Shown here in pieces: positions 40,920-52,986 of a DNA stretch of 64,000 nucleotides; positions within the stretch are counted from its first letter, which is position 1, and the number at the start of each line of letters is the position of its first letter. The translations under genes were made by a program, and so were the position numbers. The notes under the pieces are model-generated. The model worked only from the letters and a program-made list of their open reading frames with translations, was not told the DNA's origin and made no database searches. Origin of the DNA: an uncultured Planctomycetaceae bacterium (GTDB lineage Bacteria > Planctomycetota > Planctomycetia > Planctomycetales > Planctomycetaceae); contig CAWFGE010000017.1 in NCBI GenBank assembly GCA_963815195.1, positions 64,001 through 128,000 on the forward strand, given 5' to 3'.

Positions 40920-43818
40920 TCAATCGTTCCGCCGTTTCTCCGGGCGCTTCTTGAGGAACTGCGGACTGCTGACGATCACTTCCACCAGACGGCTGAAGCG
41001 GTCTTCTTTCGCGAGGGCTTGTTGCATTTCATCAATGAGCAACTCATCCGACAACAACAAGCTCCGCCCTAGACCGTAGGCCAAAAGCTTCCGGCACAGG
41101 TTCTCTTGAAACGGCTCTCCGCGATGTTTCAAGAGATAGTTTTCCAGACCGGCGAGCCCTTGGCCTTCGGCGCCGTTGGGGAAGGTCGTGCCCGCATCGA
41201 TCGGCTTTCCGCCCAAGTCTTTCTCGCGCCGATCTCCAATGGGGCCGTAGCCCTCGAATACCAATCCCGCGAAATCGAACTTCGCGTGGCAGACGGCGCA
41301 GCTGGGATTTTCCCGATGTTTCGCCAAGACTTCCCGCAGCGTCAAATCGCCCAGGTCGGCTTCATCTTCGGGAAGGTCCGGCACATTCGCGGGCGGGGCG
41401 GGAATCCGTTCGCCGAGCAATTGTTTCACCACCCAATACCCCCGCTTGACCGGGCTGGTTCTAAGTCCCGGCGAGGTCTTTGTCAGAAACACCGCCATCG
41501 GCAGCAAACCGCCGCGGCCATACTCGCGGGCATTGCCCACGCGCAGCCAACCCTCGGCATCGGCGGCGTCCTTCGAATACGGAATCCCATAATGTTCCGC
41601 GAGGTGCTCATCCACAAACGTATGCCGGGCTTCCAACAGATCGCGGACCCCGCCGTCCCGCCGGATCCAATCGAAGAGAAAATGCACCGGCTCCTGAAAC
41701 ATCGACTCGCGAAGCGCATCGGTGAACTGCGGAAACTTCGTGCGGTCCACGCCGACGTGATGTTGAAACTGCCGAAAGTCCAGCCAGTTCCCGGCAAACT
41801 CCACCGCGAGCGCGCGGGCGCGGTCATCCTTGAGCATCCTCCGAACTTGCTTTTTGAGGACCTCGGGCTTTCGCAACTCATCCGTGCGCGCGAGGTTCAA
41901 CAACTCTGCGTCCGGCATGCTGGACCAGAGGAAATAACTCAGCCGGCTCGCAAGCGCATCACTCGTCAGGCGGTTGTCGCCGTCCGCCGGTTCCGCAAAA
42001 TCCACCCGGTAACAAAAAAACGGCGACATCAAAACGCTGACCACGACATCGCGAACCGCTTCCTCGTGATCCAGATCGCTGTCTTCGCGGAGCGTGCGGT
42101 AAAACTTCAAAAGGTCCCGGCCTTCTTCCGCGGTCAGCGGTCGCCGCCAGGCTTTGCCCGCAAATTCCAGAATCGCTTCGAGATGCACTGGCTCGGCTTT
42201 GATGCGCGCCTGCTCGTGGGCTTGGATTTTTTTGGAAAGCGCCGCGAAATACTTTTCGATTTCCGCAAGGGCTTCCTTTTCGATGCCTCGCTTTTTGACG
42301 GCGGCCAGATACAGCCGGGCGAATTTCTTCATGGTGTCCGGCGAAGTGACCGTGCGGTCCTCGCCGCGGGCAAAATCGAACTCGGCCTCGGTGATGATCT
42401 CCCGGCCCTCGGCTCGCTCGAAATAAATGTAATCCCGAAACTGCCGGACCGGAGCCGCGGTGACGAAATCCAACTCCCGCCAAAGCTGATCCAACTTCGC
42501 CTTCTCGGCTTCGGACAAGAGCAAATCGCAAAGCGGGGCATCATCGCGGTAATAGCCCACCTGCAAGTGAAAGCCCGCACTCAAATACCGGCCCTTGTTC
42601 TGCTCTTCGAACGGCAGGTTCATCCGGCCGCGTTCGCTCAGCAAGAACCGATCGGGAAAAACATCGCAGAACCGTTCGATCGCCGCCTTGAGGTCTTGAT
42701 CCTGTTCTTCCTCGGCGGACAGCTTGCCCTGGCGGCGATGTTCCGCGATGAGCCGATTCTTCCAGAGGATGCCCGGTTGCGTGGACGGGTTGAGTTGCGG
42801 GATCATCACCAGCGGAAACGTGAATTGCCGTTCCGCCCGTTCCTGTTCGATCCAATTCTTGATGGCGCTAACTTCCTGCACCGGGAGTGCCGCCGACTCA
42901 TCCGCGGGCACGGGCAAAGCCTGCCATTTTTTGCGGAGTTCGGCGATGGGGCCAAAAGGGTTTTTGCCGTCGTGCAGCAGGTCCCAAAACGTCTGGAGAT
43001 ACTTGGGACTGATTCCGCGCGCCGCCGCCATTTGGGACAGGGTCTGTTCTTTCCGATGGAGCGGTTGGCGATGCTTGTACAACCACGCCGCGAGCAAGAA
43101 CTCATGGTCGTCGGTCTTTTGTTTGTTGTAGAAATCGATGATCCGCCGGACGGCGAACTTGTCCCGGTCGGAATAGATCATCGCGGGATGCGGGGCGAAC
43201 GCGAAGCCGTCGGGCATCAGGACCAAATGATCCGCCACCTGCTTCGCGGCCGCGAGATATTTGTTGAAGAGGGCCGGCGACATCGACAGGGATTCGCCGG
43301 AGTTTGTAAAGCCCGCCGGGTTCGCCGGGTCCACGGGGAACTCGCGGGTCGGGCGGATGTCCACGCCGGTCAAGTCGCGGATCGTGTAATCGAACTCGGC
43401 ATTGCTCAACCGCCGGGGCAGCACCACGCCCGGGTCGCCGGCATTTCGTTTCGCCTCGAAGGTTCGCAGATTTTCGATCCACTTGACCACCTTCGCCCGC
43501 TGTTTTGGCGTCGGAAACTCGGCGGCATCTTTGGGCGGCATCTCCCCGGCTTTCAATCGGCCCAAGACCAATTCCCAATGCCCCAGATCCGCCCGGACCG
43601 ATTCCAAGCTCGTTGAACCGGCTCAAATCGAACTTGGCCTCCTTTAAGGCTTCGCCGTGACAGTCGAGGCAAAAGCTTTTCAAAAACGGCCGGACGGAGG
43701 TTTCAAAATCCTGTTTGAGGGATTCCAATGCCGCTTCCTCCGCCGAAGCGCGGGAGAGGAAGCTCAGCACGATCCCCAAGGCGATTGTGGTCGATTTCAG
43801 CGCGCATACCCGTACCAT
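40920..43818 (-). CDS. planctomycete cytochrome c / DUF1587-1592-1588-1585 protein (frameshift ~43610)
   Basis: CLDCH, RRLSNAEFDYTIRDL, LASRLSYFLWSSMPD, TSPVKRG, CAVCH. Confidence 0.88.
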
Positions 43819-43846
43819 TTGGCTTTTACACAGATCAGTTGACAAA

Positions 43847-43982
43847 TTCAGTACTTCCAAAAATGCCTGAGCCGCGCACGAAGTAAGTGGTCTTGCGCAG
43901 TCTGAGTCCCTGAAAACCGCTTACTTCGTGCGCGGCTCTTGAAAACCAAACCAATTTCCTGAGCTTTTTTGGAAGTACTGAA
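43847..43982. repeat. nested inverted-repeat element (REPIN/MITE-like)
   Basis: Outer TTCAGTACTTCCAAAA / TTTTGGAAGTACTGAA; inner GAGCCGCGCACGAAGTAAG / CTTACTTCGTGCGCGGCTC. Confidence 0.8.
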
Positions 43983-43994
43983 ATTTTATTGTCG

Positions 43995-44648
43995 TCAAAG
44001 AGCCGGGGACTCGCCAGTCCCAGCCGTCTGCTGCCCAAGCCAGCGGCCGGATAACCACAGGGCGAAGACGGCGATCGCCAAACCGCCGAACCAATCCCAG
44101 GTGTAATGCTGCTTGGTGGTCAGAATGGTGAGAGACAGCACGAGCACCGCCGCCGCGTAGCCTTTGGCCCAGGCTTTTTTCTCGGCCCAGGCGGCCCAGC
44201 ATACAATCGCGGGAAGCATGATATGCATCGAGGGAAAACTGCACGCGGGCGTATCGACCGCGGCGAGCCAGCGGTAAGCCGCGAGATCCCAAGAGCCGTC
44301 CGTCCCGGAGAGTTCCGGACGCGGGCAAGCGGTCGGCCAGAACACAAAGATCGGCACGGTGATCGCGAGGCAGATGAAATACGCCGCCACCGCTTGCCGA
44401 AGCACGCGATCGGTGCGGATCGCGAGCGCAACGGGCAGACTGATGAGGAAAAATGCGAGGTAAGGCAGGACGGTCCACGGCCAGAACGGCAGCCATTCAT
44501 CGAGGGCGGTCAACGGCAGCGGCCGGGGCGTTCGCCAATGCACCTGGTTTAACGTGACGTAAACCGCCGTCTGCAGCGCCACGATCGGCAAAATCACCTT
44601 CAGGTTCGAGATGAAAACGGAGGTGTTGTGATCCGCGCCTGTCCGCAT
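43995..44648 (-). CDS. PAP2-superfamily membrane phosphatase/phosphotransferase
   Basis: PTACPRP, SFPSMH, TKQHYTWD; several TM helices. Confidence 0.8.
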   Translation of the reverse strand: MRTGADHNTSVFISNLKVILPIVALQTAVYVTLNQVHWRTPRPLPLTALDEWLPFWPWTVLPYLAFFLISLPVALAIRTDRVLRQAVAAYFICLAITVPIFVFWPTACPRPELSGTDGSWDLAAYRWLAAVDTPACSFPSMHIMLPAIVCWAAWAEKKAWAKGYAAAVLVLSLTILTTKQHYTWDWFGGLAIAVFALWLSGRWLGQQTAGTGESPAL

Positions 44649-44661
44649 CAAAAGTATCGCC

Positions 44662-45997
44662 TTACGATTTCATCGCAGTGAGCACCTCGTCCACAATCCG
44701 CACCGCGGTTTGGGCCTGGTCGCGGGAGATGACCAACGGCGGACAGAAGCGGATCGTGTTTTCGCCGCAGGTAAGCAGCAACAATCCCTTGTGGAACGCG
44801 CGCTGGATCAGTTCGTGGCTTTCTTCTTTGGCGAGCGTCTTTTTGCCGCGGTGCCGGACGAGTTCCATGCCGATCATCAAACCCCGTCCGCGCACGTCGC
44901 CGATGAGCGGATGCCGATCCGCGAGTTGCCGGAGTTCGCCCATCAAAAACTCGCCCACGTCGGCGGCGTTTTTCATCAGCGAACCTTCGAGCAGATCGAT
45001 CGTCGCCAGTGCCGCGGCGCAGCACACCGGGTTCCCGCCGAACGTGCTGGCGTGGCGCCGGGCGTCCAATCCATGACCTCGCTGCGGGCGACGATCGCCC
45101 CCAAAGGCATCCCGGACGCGATGCCTTTCGCAAGGCAGATAATATCCGGCTCCACGCCCCAATGTTCGGCGGCGAACATTTTCCCGGTGCGGCCCATGCC
45201 GGATTGCACTTCGTCCGCGACCAACAAAATCCCATGCTGATGCGTCAACTCGTAGAGCCGCGGCAGAAAGTCCGAGTGGGGAACGATATAGCCGCCTTCG
45301 CCTTGAATCGGCTCGACCACGATCGCCGCGATTTCATCGGGACCCGCGATCCGCGCGAAGAGGTTTTTCTTGATCTGCCGGAAACATTCCTCGACCGTCG
45401 GCCCGCGGTAGGGATTGGGATATTCGACGTGCAAAACATCCGCCAAAAGCGGGCCGAACTTCCGCTGCTGGGCGACCTTGCTCGCCGTCAGTGACAAGGC
45501 CCCGCAGGTCCGGCCGTGGAAGGCTCCGTAGAACGCGATGATCTTCTTCCGCCCCGTATGCCAGCGGGCCAGTTTGATTGCGGCTTCGACGGCCTCGGCT
45601 CCGGAGTTTCCGAAAAACACCCGCTTAGGCGAGCGGCCCGGTGCCAACTTCGCGAGCCGTTTGGCGAGTTCGCCCTGCGGACCGTAATAAAAATCGGTGC
45701 CCGACATATGCAAGAGGCGATCGCTTTGGGTTTTGATCGCCTCGACGATTTTGGGATGACAATGCCCGGTTGCGGACACGGCGATCCCCGCGGTGAAATC
45801 GAGAAACGCGTTCCCGTCCATATCTTCGATTACCGCCCCCGCACCGCGCGCGACCGCCAGCGGATACACGCGAGTGTAGGAAGGGGACGTGATATTGCTT
45901 CGTCGGTTTCGATGAGCCGCTTGGCGTTCGGGCCGGGCAATTCGGTAAGGATTTTCGGCGCGGCGAGCGCCGCAAGATCGGAATAGGATGTGCTCAT
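44662..45997 (-). CDS. class III PLP aminotransferase (frameshifts ~45895 and ~45058)
   Basis: SGAEAVEAA, FHGRT, EPIQGEGG, DEVQSGMGRTG, LAKGIASG, STFGGNP, DVRGRGLM. Confidence 0.92.
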
Positions 45998-46124
45998 AAG
46001 AATCTCCCAGAAGAACCCGTCTCCCCGCCTTCTGGAACTGATATAATGATAGGGAGGAAACGAAAGCGGGAACAGGGGTTGTTTCCCGACGTTCGATTTG
46101 TTTCTCAGTCCAGGAAGGCGAACT

Positions 46125-47102
46125 ATGTCACAAAACCTGCAAAACCCGCAAGATCAGTCTCCCGGCCCGCACGGCCGCATCGCCGCCGGCGACGCCCGCG
46201 AACGCTTCGCGGCCGCCCTTTTCGACCGGCTCTGGGACCGCTATCGCGAGCGGGTGTCCTACGTGCGGGATTATGAAAAAGTCATCGCCGAGCACAGGGC
46301 GACGTTCGTCAACGATCACATCGCATTCCGCACGTTCGCCACGCAGGAACCCTTGGCGGGAATCGCCTCGCTTTCACGGATCTTTGAAGCCCTGGGCTAC
46401 CAGGCGGCGGGGTGTTATCAGTTCCCCGACAAGCATCTCTCCGCGATCCATTTCCAACATCAAAACGCCGACTTCCCCAAGCTGTTTATCTCGGAACTCA
46501 GGCTCTGGGAACTCTCGGCGGAGACGCAAATTCGCATCACCTCTCACGTCAAATCCCATCGCTATCCGATTGATTTGGATGTGCTCGCGAAACTCTCGAA
46601 GTTGGGCGGCAAAGATGCCCATGAACCGCCGGATGAGACATTACTCAAGCGGACGCTTCAGGAGTTTGAAGTCCTGCCCTGGGCCGTTCCGAACAAGGCG
46701 GATGTGGAAGCCGTCAACAAAGAAAGCCAATACGCGGCGTGGGTGCTGGTGCACGGTTACAACGTGAACCATTTTACGTCGCTGATCAACTCGCACGGCG
46801 TGGACGACTTAAACAACATCGACAAAACCATCGCGGCCCTGAAAGCAGCCGGCGTGCCCATGAAAGCCGAGGTGGAAGGCGAACCGGGATCCAAACTCCG
46901 CCAGTCCGCGACCGCGGCCGTGGAGATCGACGTGCCCGTGATCGACAGCGGCCATCAAACCGCCATGCCCTGGAGCTACGCCTACTTCGAACTCGCCGAA
47001 CGCGGAGAGGTCGCCGATTCCGAAACCGGCGGGTCGCATCGCTTTGAAGGTTTCTTGGGGCCGCAAGCGACGCAACTGTTTGAGATGACGCGGCGGGGGT
47101 AA
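46125..47102 (+). CDS. DUF1338 family (2-oxoadipate dioxygenase/decarboxylase-like)
   Basis: NDHIAFRTF, PKLFISEL, ESQYAAW, NHFT, LRQSAT, YFELAER, FEGF. Confidence 0.85.
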   Translation: MSQNLQNPQDQSPGPHGRIAAGDARERFAAALFDRLWDRYRERVSYVRDYEKVIAEHRATFVNDHIAFRTFATQEPLAGIASLSRIFEALGYQAAGCYQFPDKHLSAIHFQHQNADFPKLFISELRLWELSAETQIRITSHVKSHRYPIDLDVLAKLSKLGGKDAHEPPDETLLKRTLQEFEVLPWAVPNKADVEAVNKESQYAAWVLVHGYNVNHFTSLINSHGVDDLNNIDKTIAALKAAGVPMKAEVEGEPGSKLRQSATAAVEIDVPVIDSGHQTAMPWSYAYFELAERGEVADSETGGSHRFEGFLGPQATQLFEMTRRG

Positions 47103-47165
47103 ATGCCTGATGAATGACCAATTCCAGTCCGCGATTTGAACGGGTTCCAAATTCAGTCGTTCCAA

Positions 47166-47235
47166 GAGCCGCGCACGAAGTAAGCGGTTTTTCTAGATTT
47201 ACACATCGCAATACCGCTTACTTCGTGCGCGGCTC
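47166..47235. repeat. REPIN-like perfect 23-bp inverted repeat, same family as 43847
   Basis: GAGCCGCGCACGAAGTAAGCGGT ... ACCGCTTACTTCGTGCGCGGCTC. Confidence 0.85.
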
Positions 47236-47261
47236 CGGCATTTTTGCAATTACGGAAATTC

Positions 47262-48671
47262 TCAAATCAACTCGCGGATGGGTTCGCCGGCGTCGAGCAG
47301 ATATTGCGGGCGGCCCCTGGGATCTTGGATGGTCGTGCGGTGCGGATCGATTCCCAAGCTGCGATAAAGCGTCGCGAACACATCTTTGTAGGTCATCGGC
47401 CGGGAGATGACGTGGGAGGCGGTGCGGTCCGTCGCTCCTAAAACCTGGCCTGTTCGCAAACCGCCGCCGGCTAACAGGGCCGGTCCCACGCGGGGCCAGT
47501 GGTCGCGGCCGCCGCTGGAATTGATTCGCGGCGTGCGGCCGAATTCCCCCCAGGCGACAATCGCGACATCATCGAGCATCCCGCGTTCTTCCAAATCGAG
47601 CACCAACGCGGAAAGTCCCTGATCGACCAAAGGCAGCATCTGCTTCATGCGCGGGAAGTTTTTGGAGTGCGTGTCGAAATCACTGAACGACAAGCTCACC
47701 ACGCGAACGCCGGCTTCGATCAGCCGCCGGGCCAGCAAAAACTTCTTGACCGACTCCGGCCCTTCCGCCGTGTAAAAGCGTTCGGCGTTGTCCTGAGCCG
47801 GTGCGGTATAGCGGGCCAGGATGCGGGGATCTTCCCGCTCCAAATCCAAGGCCTCGGCGAGTCGGCCCGAGGTCAAAATGCTGACGGCCTGCTGGGTGAA
47901 CTCGTCCATCGCCTCCATCATTCCGGTCGAATCCGCTTCCCGCCGCAAGCGGTCCAAACCGTCCAACAGCTGCGTGCGGCCGTGCAAGCGGTCCAAGGGA
48001 AGGTCGGCGTTCAAAGTCAGCGGCGTGCTGTGGTTCTCACCCAAGCGGGCGAGCTCGTTTTTCATCCCGGCTTCCAATTCCCGCGCGAACATCTGGGACA
48101 GATCGGGACGGAACGGCTGAAACGCCGGGCCCAAAAATCCGGGGCGGGCACTGTTTCGCACCAGCGGCCGGCCTTGCATCAAATCCACAAACGGCGGGGC
48201 GATGTCCTCGGGCGAGCCTTCTAACCGGGCGATGACTGAACCCAGCGCCGGCCGGCCGCCCAGCGATTCCAAATCCTTCGTGTGAAACCCCGATTGGCAT
48301 TGAAACGCATCATGCCGGCCCGCCGACTCGACCAGCGAACGGATGAACGCAAACCGATCCGCGATCGCGGCCAAACGGGGCAGCAACTCGCAAATCTGAA
48401 ATCCGGGCAGATTCGTGTCGATCGGCAGAAACTCGCCGCGAACTTCTTTGGGGGCGGCGGGCTTGAGATCGATCGTGTCCATCTGCGGCGGACCGCCGTC
48501 GAGATGGATGTTGATAATCGCCTTCCGCGAAGCCTTCCCGCCGGCCGCCGCTTCCGCCCGCAAGAGGCTTGGCAGCGTCAAGCCGAAAGCCCCCATCGCC
48601 CCGATCCGCAAGAATCGCCGCCGTTCGATTTTCCGCGCAGCCGTGGTGCGAAGTTCAGAAAGCGTCAGCAT
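47262..48671 (-). CDS. DUF1501 protein (Tat signal)
   Basis: RRRFLRIG, LDGGPPQMDTIDLKP, LLARRLIEAGV, GEFGRTP, GRDHW. Confidence 0.93.
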   Translation of the reverse strand: MLTLSELRTTAARKIERRRFLRIGAMGAFGLTLPSLLRAEAAAGGKASRKAIINIHLDGGPPQMDTIDLKPAAPKEVRGEFLPIDTNLPGFQICELLPRLAAIADRFAFIRSLVESAGRHDAFQCQSGFHTKDLESLGGRPALGSVIARLEGSPEDIAPPFVDLMQGRPLVRNSARPGFLGPAFQPFRPDLSQMFARELEAGMKNELARLGENHSTPLTLNADLPLDRLHGRTQLLDGLDRLRREADSTGMMEAMDEFTQQAVSILTSGRLAEALDLEREDPRILARYTAPAQDNAERFYTAEGPESVKKFLLARRLIEAGVRVVSLSFSDFDTHSKNFPRMKQMLPLVDQGLSALVLDLEERGMLDDVAIVAWGEFGRTPRINSSGGRDHWPRVGPALLAGGGLRTGQVLGATDRTASHVISRPMTYKDVFATLYRSLGIDPHRTTIQDPRGRPQYLLDAGEPIRELI

Positions 48672-48725
48672 CGGTCGGCCCATTGAAAAAGGTTGCCTTG
48701 AAGCCGGGGAACACTCCATTCTATA

Positions 48726-49090
48726 TCAAGAAAGTTTGATTTGTTGCAACCCTTTGGGAATTTCGAGGATTTGTGATGCTGTCGCAAAGAAGGCCGAGAC
48801 CGGTTCGTGGAACTCGTCCAGCGGGGCGGGCAAGGTGAGTTCTTCCTCGCCTTCCAGAATCACCCCGGGCCGGTGGGGATAGAACACGTGGGCCGCTTGG
48901 GATTCGAGCACGCACACCAGTTCCACGCCGGCGTTTAGATACTCGGCGACCTTCTCGAGAATCTCGCTCCAACGGTCATGGGGCGATCGCACCTCGAATA
49001 CGTTGTTGGGGGACACTCCGGGGTAACCCTCGAGATGAGCGTCCCGCGGCAGTCGGTCGTAACTATAGAAGCAAACATCCGCCCTTCGGC
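48726..49090 (-). pseudogene. 5'-truncated Uma2-family endonuclease remnant
   Basis: RADVCFYSYDRLP...VFEVRSPHDRWSEILEKVAEYLNAGV; no N-terminal half or start codon; internal frameshift. Confidence 0.7.
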
Positions 49091-49255
49091 GGGCCTGATG
49101 AAAGACTCCGGAGCGTTTTATTCATGTTAAACCTGGGAACCGATTTGTTCCAGAGGAATCCGCATGCGCGAAGTTCGCGCTCGCCGTTGGACAAATTCGC
49201 TAGAATGTCGTGATTGCGGATCAATCAATTTGACCGGGCAATTCAGGAGACATCT

Positions 49256-50085
49256 ATGACAACATTCACTCGGCAGGCGATTTTGGCGGAGCTTCGCGAG
49301 AAGGTCGCGGCGGGGCGGCCGATTATCGGCGGCGGGGCGGGGACGGGGATCAGCGCGAAGCTCGAAGCCGCGGGCGGGATTGATTTGATCGTCATCTACA
49401 ACTCCGGACGGTTTCGCATGGCGGGGCGGGGCTCCTTGGCGGGGATGATGCCCTACGGCGATGCCAACGCGATTGTGATGGACATGGCCCGCGAGGTGAT
49501 TCCCGTGGTGCCGAAGACGCCGGTGTTGGCGGGCGTGTGCGGCACCGATCCCTTTCGCGTGATGAGCCGGTTTTTAGAGGACATCCGCGCCGCCGGGTTT
49601 GCGGGGGTGCAGAATTTCCCCACGGTGGGTTTGATCGATGGCACCTTTCGCCGGGTCTTGAAGAAACAGGGATGGGCTTCGGCCTCGAGGTCGATCTGAT
49701 CCGCGAAGCCCACCGGCAGGATCTGCTGACAACGCCTTATGCTTTCAACCCGGACGAAGCCACCGCGATGGCCGAGGCGGGGGCGGATATTTTGATCCCG
49801 CACATGGGTCTGACGACGAAAGGCACAATCGGAGCCGGCACCGCGATCACATTGGAAGAAGCCGCGAATCGCGTGCAAGCGATGCACGATGCCGCCAAGA
49901 AGATCAACCCGGAGATTCTCGTCCTCTGCCACGGCGGCCCCATCGCGGAACCCGCCGACGCCCAATACATCCTCGATCACACCGAAGGCATCGTGGGATT
50001 CTACGGAGCGAGCAGCATGGAACGTTTGCCCGTGGAACCCGCCATCACGGGGCGGATTCGGGAATTCGCGGAGCTGAAATTGTGA
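49256..50085 (+). CDS. phosphoenolpyruvate hydrolase-like TIM-barrel protein (frameshift ~49650)
   Basis: [51 protein letters not shown]. Confidence 0.88.
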
Positions 50086-50302
50086 TTCGAAACAGGCGAG
50101 CGGAGAGCGTTAACCCTCCGGCGGTGAAAAGGAATCCGTGAATCGCGGTTCGGCGAGCCGGCTTGTTGACCGACCGGCGTTCCGGGCTGCACGAAAGAGC
50201 TCCGAGGACGCGAACCCGTTCCGCTTGAATTGGAGGCGGACATTGGTTGGAATGGGCGAAAACGAACAGGTACGAAAACGCTTCAACCGAGGAAAGTCCA
50301 AG

Positions 50303-51789
50303 ATGAACATGCGGCTGAATGGATCGGAATGGAAGTCGGCGGACGTGGATTGGCTCGTGGCGGCGGTTCCCGAAGCCGAAACCTGGCCCGAAAACCTGAA
50401 GGCTTTGGACGACACGCTGGAAGGGCTTTTGACCCGGCTGCGGGAACGGGGCGATCTGTCGGGCAAGCTGGGCGAAGTCTCGAAGATCCTCGATGTGCCG
50501 CAAATCGCCGCCCGCCGACTGTTGTGCATCGGCCTGGGACCGGCGGACAAGCTCGGCCCGGCCGCTTTGAACAAAATCTTCAGCACCGCCGCCCGCGCGA
50601 TCTCGGAAAAGCCCCGCCAGACAGTCGGGGTCGCGATCCCGAGCCTGCCCGGTTCCGATTGGGACGAGCCGCGCCTCCTGGAAATCGCCGCGACCGCGTT
50701 TGCCGTGGGATGCGTGGGGCAGGGGATCTATCAAAAGGAGCCGGGACGGCATCCGTTGGAACGCGTCGAGTTTCTCTGCTCGGAATCCGCGTCCCATCAA
50801 ACCGCCGTCGACCGCGGCGGCGTTGTGGGCGAGGGCATCAACCTCGCCCGCGAACTCGTCAACCTGTCCCCCGAGGACATGTATCCCGAACGCTTCGCCC
50901 TTAGAGCCGGCGAACTGGCGAAAGAACTCGGGCTCGAATGTGAAGTCTTTGACGAAAGCCGGCTGGAGTCCGAACGCATGGCGGCGCTGCTCGCTGTCGC
51001 GCGGGGCAGCGCCGGGCGCCGCGGATGGTGGTCTTGAAGTATCAAGGCGGCGGGGCCGATGCGCCCACGCTGGCGCTCGCGGGAAAAGGCGTGACGTTCG
51101 ACAGCGGCGGCTTGTCGCTCAAGCCGACCGAAAGCATGCTCACGATGAAATGCGACATGGCCGGAGCCGCGACGGTGCTCGGCGCGGTCGTCAGCCTGGC
51201 CCGGTTGAAAATTCCCGTTAACGTCGTGGGCTACATGGGCCTCGTGGAAAACATGCTCAGCGGTTTGTCCTACAAGCTGGGCGATGTGCTCACCGCGCGA
51301 AACGGCGTGACGATTGAAGTCCAGAACACCGACGCCGAGGGCCGATTGGTTCTGGCCGATGTGCTCAGCTACGCCGCCGACCAGAAGCCGGCCCGCCTGA
51401 TCGATCTGGCGACGCTGACCGGTGCCTGCGTCGTGGCCTTGGGCGAACAGGTGACCGGCGCCTTCACGAACGACCAGGCCTGGTGCGACGACGTGCTCGC
51501 CTCAGCGAAACGGACCGGCGAAGACATCTGGCAACTCCCCATGTTCGATCATTACGCCGACCTGCTCGCGAGCGACGTGGCCGACTGCAAAAACGTAGGC
51601 GGCCGCTGGGGCGGCGCGATCACCGCCGGGAAGTTCCTGGAAAAATTCGTAGGGGACGTGCCCTGGGTCCACTTGGACATCGCGGGCCCGTCGTTTGCTT
51701 CGAGCAGCAAGCCCCACCAGGAAGGCGGCGCCACCGGCTGCATGGTCCGCACGCTGATCGAAGCCGCGACGCACCGGCGGGACGCATAG
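50303..51789 (+). CDS. pepA: leucyl aminopeptidase M17 (frameshift ~51015)
   Basis: [39 protein letters not shown]. Confidence 0.93.
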
Positions 51790-51935
51790 GAAATCCTGCC
51801 GATCGCCATCGTCCCTCCCGATCCCCGCCCATCACGGACCGCGACGTTGCGGACCTCCGCGGATCGACGCCACTTGCAACTCCCCGCGGACCTTTGCCGC
51901 TTTCCTGCTTCAAAAAAAACGGCGGGAAGCCGGCG

Positions 51936-52150
51936 GGGTGGCACTGGCAGCTTGCCTGCCAGTGCGAAGCGGATGAAACGCGCCCCGAATCCACGCCCAT
52001 GAAAAGCACTGGCAACAAGTTGCCAGTGGCACCCGCCGCCCCGAATCCACGCCCATGAAAAGCACTGGCAACAAGTTGCCAGTGGCACCCGCCGCGCCCC
52101 GAATCCACGCCCATGAAAAGCACTGGCAACAAGTTGCCAGTGGCACCCGC
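51936..52150. repeat. three tandem copies of a 56-bp REP-containing unit plus one inverted arm
   Basis: CGCCCCGAATCCACGCCCATGAAAAGCACTGGCAACAAGTTGCCAGTGGCACCCGC at 51981, 52037 and 52095; inverted arm at 51936-51965. Confidence 0.9.
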
Positions 52151-52169
52151 CGCCCACGGCACAGTTAAG

Positions 52170-52721
52170 TTAGACGAACACTTCTCGAATCGGGAGTTGC
52201 CAGCCCGGGATTACGTCGCCTCCCTCAAGCGTGTCCGCTTCGGTCAGCCTGATAATGTCCGTGGGGAAGCGATAGACTGTCACAGACCGCTGACGCGGAT
52301 TGACCACAATGACCAGCCGGCTTCCTGCGTCAAGCCACCCCGCCACCTTTTCCTCCACATCGGCATAGCGGTCGGAGGGTGAGATGACTTCGACTGCGAG
52401 ATCGGGCGCACCTGGCCAGTAGCCTTCGGTCTCTCCCACCGCTTCGCACCGCTCTTGACAGACAAAGGCCACATCTGGGGCACGCACCGTGTCCGGGTCC
52501 TGCGTGAGTTGGAAGCCCGTCTCCGCGGCATAGACCGCCCCGAGGTTGTGGGTTTCCACGTGCTGAAAGAGGTGGGCCGCGATCCGCATCGCGAGACGTC
52601 CATGCCTGGGGCCGGCTGGAGCCATCTGCCGCAGTTCTCCTCGGATGAGTTCGTAACGGTGCCCCTCGCCGGAGAGACGCAACAGATCGGCGGCGGTCAT
52701 GCTGTGGAGCTTTGTGCTCAT
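52170..52721 (-). CDS. Uma2-family PD-(D/E)XK endonuclease
   Basis: YELIRGEL, VRAPDVAFV, PDLAVEVISPSD. Confidence 0.92.
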   Translation of the reverse strand: MSTKLHSMTAADLLRLSGEGHRYELIRGELRQMAPAGPRHGRLAMRIAAHLFQHVETHNLGAVYAAETGFQLTQDPDTVRAPDVAFVCQERCEAVGETEGYWPGAPDLAVEVISPSDRYADVEEKVAGWLDAGSRLVIVVNPRQRSVTVYRFPTDIIRLTEADTLEGGDVIPGWQLPIREVFV

Positions 52722-52986
52722 GCGATCCTCATACCCTTGCTGAAGGCAGCACGATGTGCGTCGAGAAAGAGATATTGTAGTCAGTCGGGCGGGCACTGCC
52801 CATCTTACTTAAACTTCCCTTCAAGGATTTCTCGGGAGGCTGGGCTTTGTGGATGGGGTCGATACGAGGCAAAGCCGCCCTGACTGCCCGGCCAAATTGG
52901 CTTTCCGATCTCAGTCGTTCCAAGTGACGGAAAAAGGGCCGAAGGTCCGGCTCGCGCCAAAGGCAAGATGACACCGGACCAGTTTC

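Noticed and set aside
51981..52150. Possible CRISPR array
   Set aside because: The would-be spacers are identical, there are no cas genes, and the palindrome belongs to a dispersed REP-like family.
51552..52162. Repeat-containing minus-strand ORFs
   Set aside because: They are translations of the DNA tandem repeat and overlap pepA antisense.
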